Shown here: positions 9,707 to 17,102 of the stretch, piece by piece
Position numbering within the stretch: position 1 is the stretch's first letter
How the letters are laid out: every line of letters starts with the position of its first letter
Notes under the pieces: model-generated
What the model saw: only the letters and a program-made list of their open reading frames with translations
What the model was told of the DNA's origin: nothing
Databases searched by the model: none
Source: an uncultured Pseudobdellovibrionaceae bacterium
GTDB lineage: Bacteria > Bdellovibrionota > FAC87 > UBA2466
Direction: 5' to 3'
NCBI GenBank assembly: GCA_964653655.1
Contig: CAZZHG010000017.1
Location: 279-64,278 of the forward strand
Length of the DNA stretch: 64,000 nucleotides
Translations under genes and position numbers: made by a program

Positions 9707-10728
9707 TTTAGCTCCTCGAAAACTTGGGCCCTGAGCCGTGCGCTTTCGGCCGCGTACGGAATCACTTTCTTGGGATCGCCCAGCTCGTTGCGGGCCATTC
9801 CCGGGCAGTGCTCGCAAAAGCCCGCGGCCGATCCCTTCGGCATCCCGTGCAAATCACCCATTCGCAAATTTCTCCAGCGCCGGGCTATCTCGTTCCCCCA
9901 AAGCTCGGAGAACGGCGTTTCGAGGAGACTGCCGAGCGGCTCGCGGACCTCGATGCAGGTCAAAAGCTCCCCGTAGGCGGTGACCGCGCACTTTGCTTTC
10001 GCGACACCGCACGTGTGGTGCTCGGGGCTCGTCTGCTCGAGTCCACCCGGCCCGTTTCGGCGCGACTTCTCGCGGAAATAGCCAAGGAGCTGCTCGCTCG
10101 TCGCCCTTAGGCGGGTCGGCGCCGGATCTCCGCTGAATTTCGCCGTCACGATGGAGTCCGCCTGAAGCGGATAACGGCGCTCCCGGCACCAGGCTTCCAG
10201 CTCGAAATACCCCTCGATATTTTCCCGGGTGAGCAGAGTGTTCACCGTAACGGCCAGCCCCGATTGATCCAAAGCGTCGAAAGCCTTCATCAGCTTCGCG
10301 TGGGAGCCTTGCTTCGCCGTCATGCGATCGTGAAGCAAGGGATCGACGCTGTAGAGGCTCACGGTCACGTAGGCGAAGCCCGTCGCCTTCAGCCGGCGCG
10401 CGGCATCGCGATCGATCTTGAGCCCGTTGGTGATCATGGAAAGCGAAAAGCCGAGCTCCGAGGCGTGCTCTGCGATTTCCCAGAAATTCGGATGAAGCAT
10501 CGCTTCGCCGCCCATGAGCACGATGTATAGAACGCCGGCGCTCCGAAGCTCGCCGAGCACGTGTTTCCACTGTTCGAGAGTGAGCTTGCGTTTGGGATCG
10601 TCGCGGAAGGAATCGAGGTAGCAGTGAGGGCACCGCTCGTTGCAACGATACGTCAGCTCGAGGGACGCCTTCATGGGGCGGGAGGAGGAAAGGCTCTTGT
10701 CCCCCCATTTGTCGAGAAGCGCGCTCAC
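9703..10728 (-). CDS. Radical SAM protein with SPASM/Twitch-type C-terminal domain (peptide maturase)
   Basis: CNERCPHC (CxxxCxxC), GGEA and ITNG. C-terminal CGVAKAKC...GELLTC...CEHCPG. GTG start overlaps the PqqD stop (GTGA). Confidence 0.9.
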   Translation of the reverse strand: MSALLDKWGDKSLSSSRPMKASLELTYRCNERCPHCYLDSFRDDPKRKLTLEQWKHVLGELRSAGVLYIVLMGGEAMLHPNFWEIAEHASELGFSLSMITNGLKIDRDAARRLKATGFAYVTVSLYSVDPLLHDRMTAKQGSHAKLMKAFDALDQSGLAVTVNTLLTRENIEGYFELEAWCRERRYPLQADSIVTAKFSGDPAPTRLRATSEQLLGYFREKSRRNGPGGLEQTSPEHHTCGVAKAKCAVTAYGELLTCIEVREPLGSLLETPFSELWGNEIARRWRNLRMGDLHGMPKGSAAGFCEHCPGMARNELGDPKKVIPYAAESARLRAQVFEELK

Positions 10729-10994
10729 GAAACGATTTCCACCAATTCCAGCTCCCGAAGCTGCGCTTCGAACTCGCCCACGTGGGTTTCCGCCGTCCCC
10801 TCGTCGATACCGAAGCGGGCGGCGAGCCCGGTCACCAACTCCCCGTGATCGCGGGTACCGTCGAGATGTTCCCAAATCCAGGTTCCCGATCGGTTGAACT
10901 CGTGGACCAGATCGCGCGCCGGATTGAGCAGCACCGCGACTCCCTCGAAGGTTTGCCAGCCGACGCCCTTGGCCCTCTTCAGCCGATCAGCCAT
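10725..10994 (-). CDS. PqqD-family RiPP recognition element (stand-alone RRE)
   Basis: 89 aa with the pattern VLL...FNRSGTWIWEHLDG...LAARF...LRELELV. GAGG RBS upstream. Confidence 0.88.
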   Translation of the reverse strand: MADRLKRAKGVGWQTFEGVAVLLNPARDLVHEFNRSGTWIWEHLDGTRDHGELVTGLAARFGIDEGTAETHVGEFEAQLRELELVEIVS

Positions 10995-11859
10995 CGATCA
11001 CCTCCCAAAAGTCCGCGTCTTTTCTGAATGACAGTTCGAAACCGGGCACCTGACGAACGATCCGCGCGAGCAGTTCCATGAGCTCCGGGGCCATCGCAGG
11101 GTCCGAAAGCAGGCAAGAGTGCAAAAGCGCCCTCGCCGCCTCGCCCGGCTCGAGAGCACGGGCCGCGACTTGCGGGGACTGTTTGAGCCAGTAAAAGCCC
11201 GCGACCGTGCTGCGCTTGTCCAGATTGGCGGGATCGAATCGCGCTTGCCCGAGAAGAGCGGCTTCCGCGGTGGTGGCGAGATCTCCCACCCGGATCAAAT
11301 TGATGTCGTCGCCGAGTACCGTACGGCCTCCGGCAAGAGATGCGATCGTGGATTTTCCCGCTCCGGAATGCCCCAGAAACACATGGGCCCGGCCGTCTTT
11401 TCCGACGATAACCGACGAGTGAGCGACGAGCGCCCCTTGCTTCAAAAGCGCCGGCGGCAGAAACCAACGGAGCGCATTGAAAATCCCGTCGGTGCTGTCC
11501 CGGCGCGAGGCAATCACCGCTTCCCAGTCGCCCAGCCGGCGCGCCACGAAATCCCGCTGCAAAACCACGTCCCCCGCGACCTCGAAACCGGGATCCGGAT
11601 CGTCGTCGAAGGCGGAGTCCGGGTCGGACCATAGAAGGTCGGCGTCCCTCCAATGGAGGTGAAGCTTCGGCTCGCCTTGCCTCAGCCAGCTCGCCGGCAG
11701 ACGATCCCTCGCGAAAGCCAGACTCTCCGGTGTTTCGAAGCGGAAGCGGACGGCGAGGCCGTGGTAATGGCAATCGAAGTGGGGAGCTTCGGAAACCGTG
11801 TCTAAAGCCTCCGCCAGCCGGTGTTTGCCGGCTCGCGTGGCACTCGAAAAAATTGGCAC
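10987..11859 (-). CDS. HPr kinase-related P-loop kinase
   Basis: H(SS) motif, Walker A GHSGAGKST and LGDD diacidic motif. TATAAT lies 6 nt upstream of the GTG start. Confidence 0.75.
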   Translation of the reverse strand: MPIFSSATRAGKHRLAEALDTVSEAPHFDCHYHGLAVRFRFETPESLAFARDRLPASWLRQGEPKLHLHWRDADLLWSDPDSAFDDDPDPGFEVAGDVVLQRDFVARRLGDWEAVIASRRDSTDGIFNALRWFLPPALLKQGALVAHSSVIVGKDGRAHVFLGHSGAGKSTIASLAGGRTVLGDDINLIRVGDLATTAEAALLGQARFDPANLDKRSTVAGFYWLKQSPQVAARALEPGEAARALLHSCLLSDPAMAPELMELLARIVRQVPGFELSFRKDADFWEVIDG

Positions 11860-11865
11860 CTAAGC

Positions 11866-11871
11866 ATTATA
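11866..11871 (-). promoter_or_regulatory. -10 box of the RiPP operon (probable leaderless transcript)
   Basis: Perfect TATAAT on the minus strand, 6 nt before GTG 11859, with no SD sequence. Confidence 0.55.
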
Positions 11872-11904
11872 GGCGGTAAGCGCCGGGCCCCATAACGCGC
11901 TTGG

Positions 11905-13179
11905 TTAGCGAAAAAGGCTGATAGTTCCGCGGGGCTTGTGCTTGCCCATGGTAAGCACCGCTTCCTTGCGCGGCGTGAAAATACGCTGGGCGAGCCGTTG
12001 CATGGACTCCGGAGTAACGCGAAGTATTTCCCGCACCACCTCCTCGACGCTTAGGTAGCGACCGAAGACGAGCTCGTTTCTGCCGATGGATTCCTGCCGA
12101 GATTCCATTTCGTCGGAGGCGAGCAGTACCGCTCCCTTGATCTGTCCCTTCACCTGCTCGAGATCCTCGCGGGCGATGGGCTCTTCGGCGAGCCGCAGCA
12201 GTTCTCTGGAAAGAATGTCGAGACACTTACCCAGCGAACGGGTCGAGGTGTTCAGGTAGACGCTGAAAAGTCCCGTGTCGGAAAAGGATAGGCAGTCGCA
12301 GTCGATCGTGTAGGCAAGCCCCGCCTTCTCGCGGATTTCCTGGAACAGCCGGCTCGACATGCCCCCACCGAGAAAGAAGCTGAGAATCAGAAGATCGAAC
12401 CGCTCCTGGGAACGAAACCCCACGCCCTCGAACCCGATGAGCAGATGGGTCTGATCGGAGGCCGCCACCAGGTGCTTGTGCTTGGACTGATACTCCGGAG
12501 GCTTCACCTTAACGGCCGGAACTTTCGTGGACGCGCCGAAGACAAAGAGTTTCTCGGCGAGGTCCCTCACCCGATCGAACTCCACATTACCCGACACGCT
12601 CAGCACCATGTTGTCCGGCCGGTAGTGCCGCTTGAAATAGGTCTCGATCCGCCCGCGGGTCATCGACAGAATATTCGCCCGGTTTCCGATCACCGGAAGC
12701 CCGAGCGGATCGCCCCGCCAAATCGCCTGCAGAAAAAGATCGAGAATGGAATCGTCGGGAGCGTCCTCGACGAGAGAAAGCTCATGAAGAAGAACCTTCT
12801 TCTCCCTCTCCATCTCGGCCTTGGGAAAGGTCGGGTGAATGACCAGATCGGAGAGCACGTCGAGCGCGGTTTCAAGATGCTCGGCGAGAACCGTCGCGTG
12901 GTAGCAGGTATATTCCTTGTCCGTGAAGGCGTTGAGGTCCCCGCCCAGTCTCTCCAGGGCCGTGGCGATCTCGATGGGAGTCCGCCGCTCGGTTCCCTTG
13001 AAGAGCATGTGCTCTAGGAAATGACTAAGACCCGCTTCGCGCTTGGTTTCGAACCGGCTACCGACGCGCACCCAGGCGCCAAGAGAGACACTGCGAACGC
13101 GCGTGTGCCTCTCCACGACTACGGTCAGTCCGTTTTCGAGCGTGAATTTCTTGAACTCGGGAGCTGGAAAATCCCACAT
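11905..13179 (-). CDS. M16 family (pitrilysin-like) metallopeptidase
   Basis: HFLEH inverzincin motif, LNAFT and GGGMSSRLFQEIREK. Usual position downstream of pnp. Confidence 0.93.
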   Translation of the reverse strand: MWDFPAPEFKKFTLENGLTVVVERHTRVRSVSLGAWVRVGSRFETKREAGLSHFLEHMLFKGTERRTPIEIATALERLGGDLNAFTDKEYTCYHATVLAEHLETALDVLSDLVIHPTFPKAEMEREKKVLLHELSLVEDAPDDSILDLFLQAIWRGDPLGLPVIGNRANILSMTRGRIETYFKRHYRPDNMVLSVSGNVEFDRVRDLAEKLFVFGASTKVPAVKVKPPEYQSKHKHLVAASDQTHLLIGFEGVGFRSQERFDLLILSFFLGGGMSSRLFQEIREKAGLAYTIDCDCLSFSDTGLFSVYLNTSTRSLGKCLDILSRELLRLAEEPIAREDLEQVKGQIKGAVLLASDEMESRQESIGRNELVFGRYLSVEEVVREILRVTPESMQRLAQRIFTPRKEAVLTMGKHKPRGTISLFR

Positions 13180-13193
13180 TAGGGGATTGTAGC

Positions 13194-15614
13194 TCAGCGG
13201 TTGCCGCCGCCGCCACCACCGCCGCCGCCTCCGCCGCCACGGTATCCACCACCGCCGCCGCCGCGACCGCCTCCGCCGCCGCCACGGCCACCCCGGAAGC
13301 CACCACCGCCGCCACGGCCTCCACCGCCTCCGCCGCCGCCGCGTCCACCGCCGCCACCGCCACGGTATCCGCCACCGCCTCCGCCGCCGCCGCGATCTCC
13401 ACGGTCCCCGCCACGGTCGCCGCGATCACGGTATTCACCGCCGCCGCCACCGCCTTCACCGCCGCCGCCGCTGCTGAAGTCGTCATCCGATCCCGGAGGC
13501 GGCCCTTCCGAGCCGTCGTTGGGGAGCAGAGCTTTGCGCGATAGCCGGATCTTGCCTTGAGGATCGACCTCCAAGCATTTCACCTGCACCATCTCGCCCT
13601 CTTTGATGATGTCTTCCACCCGGCGCACGCGGTAATGAGCGAGCTCCGAGATGTGGCAAAGGCCGTCGGTGCCGGGAATGATCTCGATGAAGGCGCCGAA
13701 ATCCGCGATGCGGGTGACGCGGCCTTCATAGATCCTGCCGGGCTCGGGCTCTTCCACGATCTGGTTGATGATGTCCATCGCCTTCTGGGCGCTGTCGCCG
13801 TCGGAAGAGGCGATGTGAATCGTGCCGTCGTCCTCGATGTCGATCTTGACGCCGGTCCGCTCGATGATGGAGCGAATGGTCTTACCGCCGGAGCCGATGA
13901 CTTCGCGAACCTTATCCGGCTTCACCTTCATGGTGAAGATACGGGGCGCGTACTTGGAAAGCTCGGTGTTCGCCGTCGAAATCGCTTTCGCCATTTCGCC
14001 GAGAATGTGGAGCCGGCCTTCTTTGGCCTGCGCGAGAGCCTGCGCCATGATGTCGCTGCTGATTCCCTCGATCTTGAGATCCATCTGGAAAGCCGTGATG
14101 CCTTCCGCGGTTCCGCAGACCTTGAAGTCCATGTCGCCCAGGTGATCTTCGTCGCCGAGGATGTCGGAGAGAACGGCGATCTTGCCGCCTTCCTTAATCA
14201 AGCCCATCGCGACACCGGCAACCGGCTTCGGGATCGGCACGCCGGCATCCATCAGCGCCATGGAACCGCTGCACACGGTGGCCATGGAGGAGGATCCGTT
14301 CGACTCGAGCACTTCCGACACGAGACGAATCGTGTACGGGAACTCTTCCTTCGACGGAATCACGTAAGAGAGCGCGCGCTCGGCGAGCACTCCGTGGCCG
14401 ATTTCCCGGCGTCCCGCGGGACGTAAGGGGCGGGCCTCACCGACGGAAAACGGCGGGAAGTTGTAATGCAGGAGGAAGGTCTTCTGGTACTGACCAGCCA
14501 GCGCATCAATCTTCTGCTCGTCGTCTTTCGTTCCCAGGGTAACGGCCGCGAGCACCTGCGTTTCACCGCGGGTGAACAGCGCCGAACCATGCACGCGCGG
14601 GAGTAGCCGCGTTTCGCAAGCGATGGGCCGAATCTTGTTGTAGGGCCGGCCGTCGATGCGGAGCTTGGTATTGACCGTGAGCTCGCGGGCGTAAGTCGCC
14701 TTCAGCTCTTCGAGATAGGTCACGAGGAGCTTGTTGCGAGCCGCGTCTTCCGCGGTTTTGGGCTCGGCGATTCCAAACTTTTCCTTAGCGAGCTTCTTCA
14801 CCGTATCGAGCGCCTTGTAGCGATCGAGCTTTTCACGGACGGCGAACGCCTTTTCGAAGTGCGGCCACAGGGTGTCGCGCATCTTCGTCTTCATGTCGGC
14901 GTCCCGGAGCGGCTTCGGGTAATCGCGCTTGGCTTTATTGCCCGTCTTCGCGCGCAGATCGTTCTGCAGCTTGATGACGACTTGCATTTCGCGGTGAGCG
15001 AACTCGAGAGCGTCCACCATCTCCTGCTCGGAGACTTCCTTGGACAAACCTTCCACCATCACAACGCCGTCTTTCAGGCCGGACACGAGAATGTCCATCC
15101 GGCTTTCGAGCAGCTGCTCGGGAGTGGGGTTGGCGATGTACTCATTGTTGATTAGACCGACGCGGATGCTGCCGACCGGCCCATTGAAGGGGATGTCGGA
15201 CATATGAAGCGCGGCGGAGGTCGCAATCGAACCGAGAAGACCGGGGTCGTTCACTCCGTCGTGGGAGAGAACCGTCACCGTCACGTTCGTTTCGTGGAGA
15301 TAATCTTCAGGAAACAGCGGCCGCATGGGGCGGTCGATGAGGCGGGCGGTGAGCGTCGCCATGTCTGGCGGCTTCGCCTCACGCTTGAAGAATCCGCCGG
15401 GGATTCTGCCGGCGGCATAAAACTTGCCCGGGAAGTCGACGGTGAGCGGGAAGAAGTCTTGTCCTTCCTTCGCGGTGGCCGCGGAGCAAACCGCGACGAG
15501 CACCACCGTTTCGCCGCACTTGGCGAGAACGGAGTCGGCCTGCTTGGCGAGCCGGCCGGTTTCGAGAGTGAGCACACGTCCGCCGTAATCGACGCTTAAT
15601 TCAACGAGAGCCAT
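13194..15614 (-). CDS. pnp: Polyribonucleotide nucleotidyltransferase with Gly/Arg-rich C-terminal tail
   Basis: FFPLTVD, RREIGHG, ESNGSSSMA and DHLGDMDFK, plus KH and S1 domains. Confidence 0.98.
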   Translation of the reverse strand: MALVELSVDYGGRVLTLETGRLAKQADSVLAKCGETVVLVAVCSAATAKEGQDFFPLTVDFPGKFYAAGRIPGGFFKREAKPPDMATLTARLIDRPMRPLFPEDYLHETNVTVTVLSHDGVNDPGLLGSIATSAALHMSDIPFNGPVGSIRVGLINNEYIANPTPEQLLESRMDILVSGLKDGVVMVEGLSKEVSEQEMVDALEFAHREMQVVIKLQNDLRAKTGNKAKRDYPKPLRDADMKTKMRDTLWPHFEKAFAVREKLDRYKALDTVKKLAKEKFGIAEPKTAEDAARNKLLVTYLEELKATYARELTVNTKLRIDGRPYNKIRPIACETRLLPRVHGSALFTRGETQVLAAVTLGTKDDEQKIDALAGQYQKTFLLHYNFPPFSVGEARPLRPAGRREIGHGVLAERALSYVIPSKEEFPYTIRLVSEVLESNGSSSMATVCSGSMALMDAGVPIPKPVAGVAMGLIKEGGKIAVLSDILGDEDHLGDMDFKVCGTAEGITAFQMDLKIEGISSDIMAQALAQAKEGRLHILGEMAKAISTANTELSKYAPRIFTMKVKPDKVREVIGSGGKTIRSIIERTGVKIDIEDDGTIHIASSDGDSAQKAMDIINQIVEEPEPGRIYEGRVTRIADFGAFIEIIPGTDGLCHISELAHYRVRRVEDIIKEGEMVQVKCLEVDPQGKIRLSRKALLPNDGSEGPPPGSDDDFSSGGGGEGGGGGGEYRDRGDRGGDRGDRGGGGGGGGYRGGGGGGRGGGGGGGGRGGGGGFRGGRGGGGGGRGGGGGGYRGGGGGGGGGGGGNR

Positions 15615-15669
15615 AGATTTTCCTTTTTGTTCACTTGTAGGGCGAGGCAGGACACCGGTCCCGCGGCCA

Positions 15670-15939
15670 TTACTTTCTGATGTTCAATTTTTCGATGATC
15701 GCCTGGTACCGACCAGAGTCGACCTTTCTAAGATAGTCGAGCAGACGGCGGCGGGTGCCTACCATCTTGAGCAGGCCACGACGAGAGTGGTGGTCCTTAT
15801 TGTGGCTCTTGAAGTGAGGAGCCAAACTGTTAATCCGCTCGGTCAGAAGCGCTACCTGGACCTCGGGAGATCCGGTATCACGATCGTGCGTCGCGTGGGT
15901 CTTGATCAACTCGTTCTTTTTCGTCTTCTGCAGGCTCAA
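15670..15939 (-). CDS. rpsO: 30S ribosomal protein S15
   Basis: [13 protein letters not shown] and [16 protein letters not shown] start. Confidence 0.98.
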   Translation of the reverse strand: MSLQKTKKNELIKTHATHDRDTGSPEVQVALLTERINSLAPHFKSHNKDHHSRRGLLKMVGTRRRLLDYLRKVDSGRYQAIIEKLNIRK

Positions 15940-15960
15940 AGGTACCTCTATCTATCCTTT

Positions 15961-16743
15961 TTAATTAACGAAGCTATTACCACTACGTTCGGGCATTTGC
16001 AACGGATGGCCAACGGGGGGCGGCGCGTTCTTGCGAAGCAGGCCTTCACCACGTAACAACCGGACATAATTGCGATATCCCTTGTCCATCCACTCGGGGA
16101 TCGCTTCCGAAAGCTTTTCGACCGTAACGCCCTCCTCGAGGAGGAACTCTCCGCAGGAAAGCCGGCGCAACTCGTTCAAGTGGCCGACCGTTCCGAGCCG
16201 TTTCGCCAGATCGTCGGCGAGGCTGCGGATATAGGTGCCCTTGGAGCAATGAACCTCGAACTCGATTTCCGTTCCGGTCATCGAGATGAGCTTCATGTCA
16301 TAGAGCTGAACAGGAATGGGCTCGAGGCGGACCTTGATGTTCTGCCGGGCCAGATCATAAAGGCGCACGCCGTGAATCTTTTTCGCGCTGTACATGGGCG
16401 GCGTCTGGTGCCAAGTGCCCACGTAATCGGCGAAGGTCTGCTTCACCAGGTCCTCGGTGAGCGCCGGAACATCCTTATTCTCGTTCACTTCGCCGGTGAG
16501 GTCCATGGTGTCGGTGCTTTGCCCGAGCTTCACTTTTGCGCGGTATTTCTTGTCCGCGTTGAGGAGCGCGTTCGAAAGCTTCGTCGCTTTTCCGACGAGA
16601 ATCACGAGCGCGCCGCTCGCGAAGGGATCGAGGCTCCCCGCGTGGCCGACCTTGTCGGCGCCGAGAATGCGCTTCACCTGGCGCACGACATCGAAGCTCG
16701 TGGGCCCGGGAACCTTGTCGATGACCAAAAGCGATTCTCTCAT
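15961..16743 (-). CDS. truB: tRNA pseudouridine(55) synthase
   Basis: KVGHAGSLDPFASG, QTPPMYSA and CSKGTYIRSL. Confidence 0.96.
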   Translation of the reverse strand: MRESLLVIDKVPGPTSFDVVRQVKRILGADKVGHAGSLDPFASGALVILVGKATKLSNALLNADKKYRAKVKLGQSTDTMDLTGEVNENKDVPALTEDLVKQTFADYVGTWHQTPPMYSAKKIHGVRLYDLARQNIKVRLEPIPVQLYDMKLISMTGTEIEFEVHCSKGTYIRSLADDLAKRLGTVGHLNELRRLSCGEFLLEEGVTVEKLSEAIPEWMDKGYRNYVRLLRGEGLLRKNAPPPVGHPLQMPERSGNSFVN

Positions 16744-17102
16744 ACTGCCTCTCCCGCGTTCGGCTTCCCGGAAGCGACGTCGTCCAAAAGGCCAAGAATG
16801 TGATTGAGCTTTTCCGTGTGAGTATCCACGGCGAAACGCAGCTCCGGAACCTGACGCATGCTCAAATTACGGGCGAGATTGCGGCGGAAAAACGGAAGCG
16901 CGCGGGCGATGCCCTTATCGATTTCCTTCTGCACGCCGAGACCGGGGTGGTAGTAGACGGTCGCCTGCTGCAGATCGCCGGTCAGCTCCACTTCCGTGAT
17001 GGAAATGCCCTGAACCTGGGGATCGGCGATATCGCGCAGAATGAGATTGGCGATCTCGCTTTGGATCTGAGCGGCCACGCGGCTGTGTCTTCGGTTCGCC
17101 AT
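16740..17102 (-). CDS. rbfA: Ribosome-binding factor A
   Basis: DPQV..ISITEVELTGDL...VPELRF. Lies between infB and truB. Confidence 0.93.
   Translation of the reverse strand: MANRRHSRVAAQIQSEIANLILRDIADPQVQGISITEVELTGDLQQATVYYHPGLGVQKEIDKGIARALPFFRRNLARNLSMRQVPELRFAVDTHTEKLNHILGLLDDVASGKPNAGEAV

Noticed and set aside
9527..9817. 96-aa version of the precursor ORF and the extended rSAM and S26 starts in the ORF track
   Set aside because: The extensions overlap neighbouring genes. RBS and stop/start overlaps support starts at 9706, 10728 and 9527.
8150..11859. Interpretation as a lasso peptide or PQQ biosynthesis cluster
   Set aside because: There is no asparagine-synthetase-like cyclase or transglutaminase-like B2 protease, no pqqB/pqqC, and the peptide lacks the ExxxY PqqA core.
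11905..13179. M16 peptidase as a PqqF-like member of the RiPP operon
   Set aside because: It occupies its common position downstream of pnp, and the RiPP operon has its own -10 box and its own peptidase. A role cannot be fully excluded.
13201..13560. Poly-proline ORF on the + strand
   Set aside because: It is the reverse complement of the Gly-rich PNPase tail.
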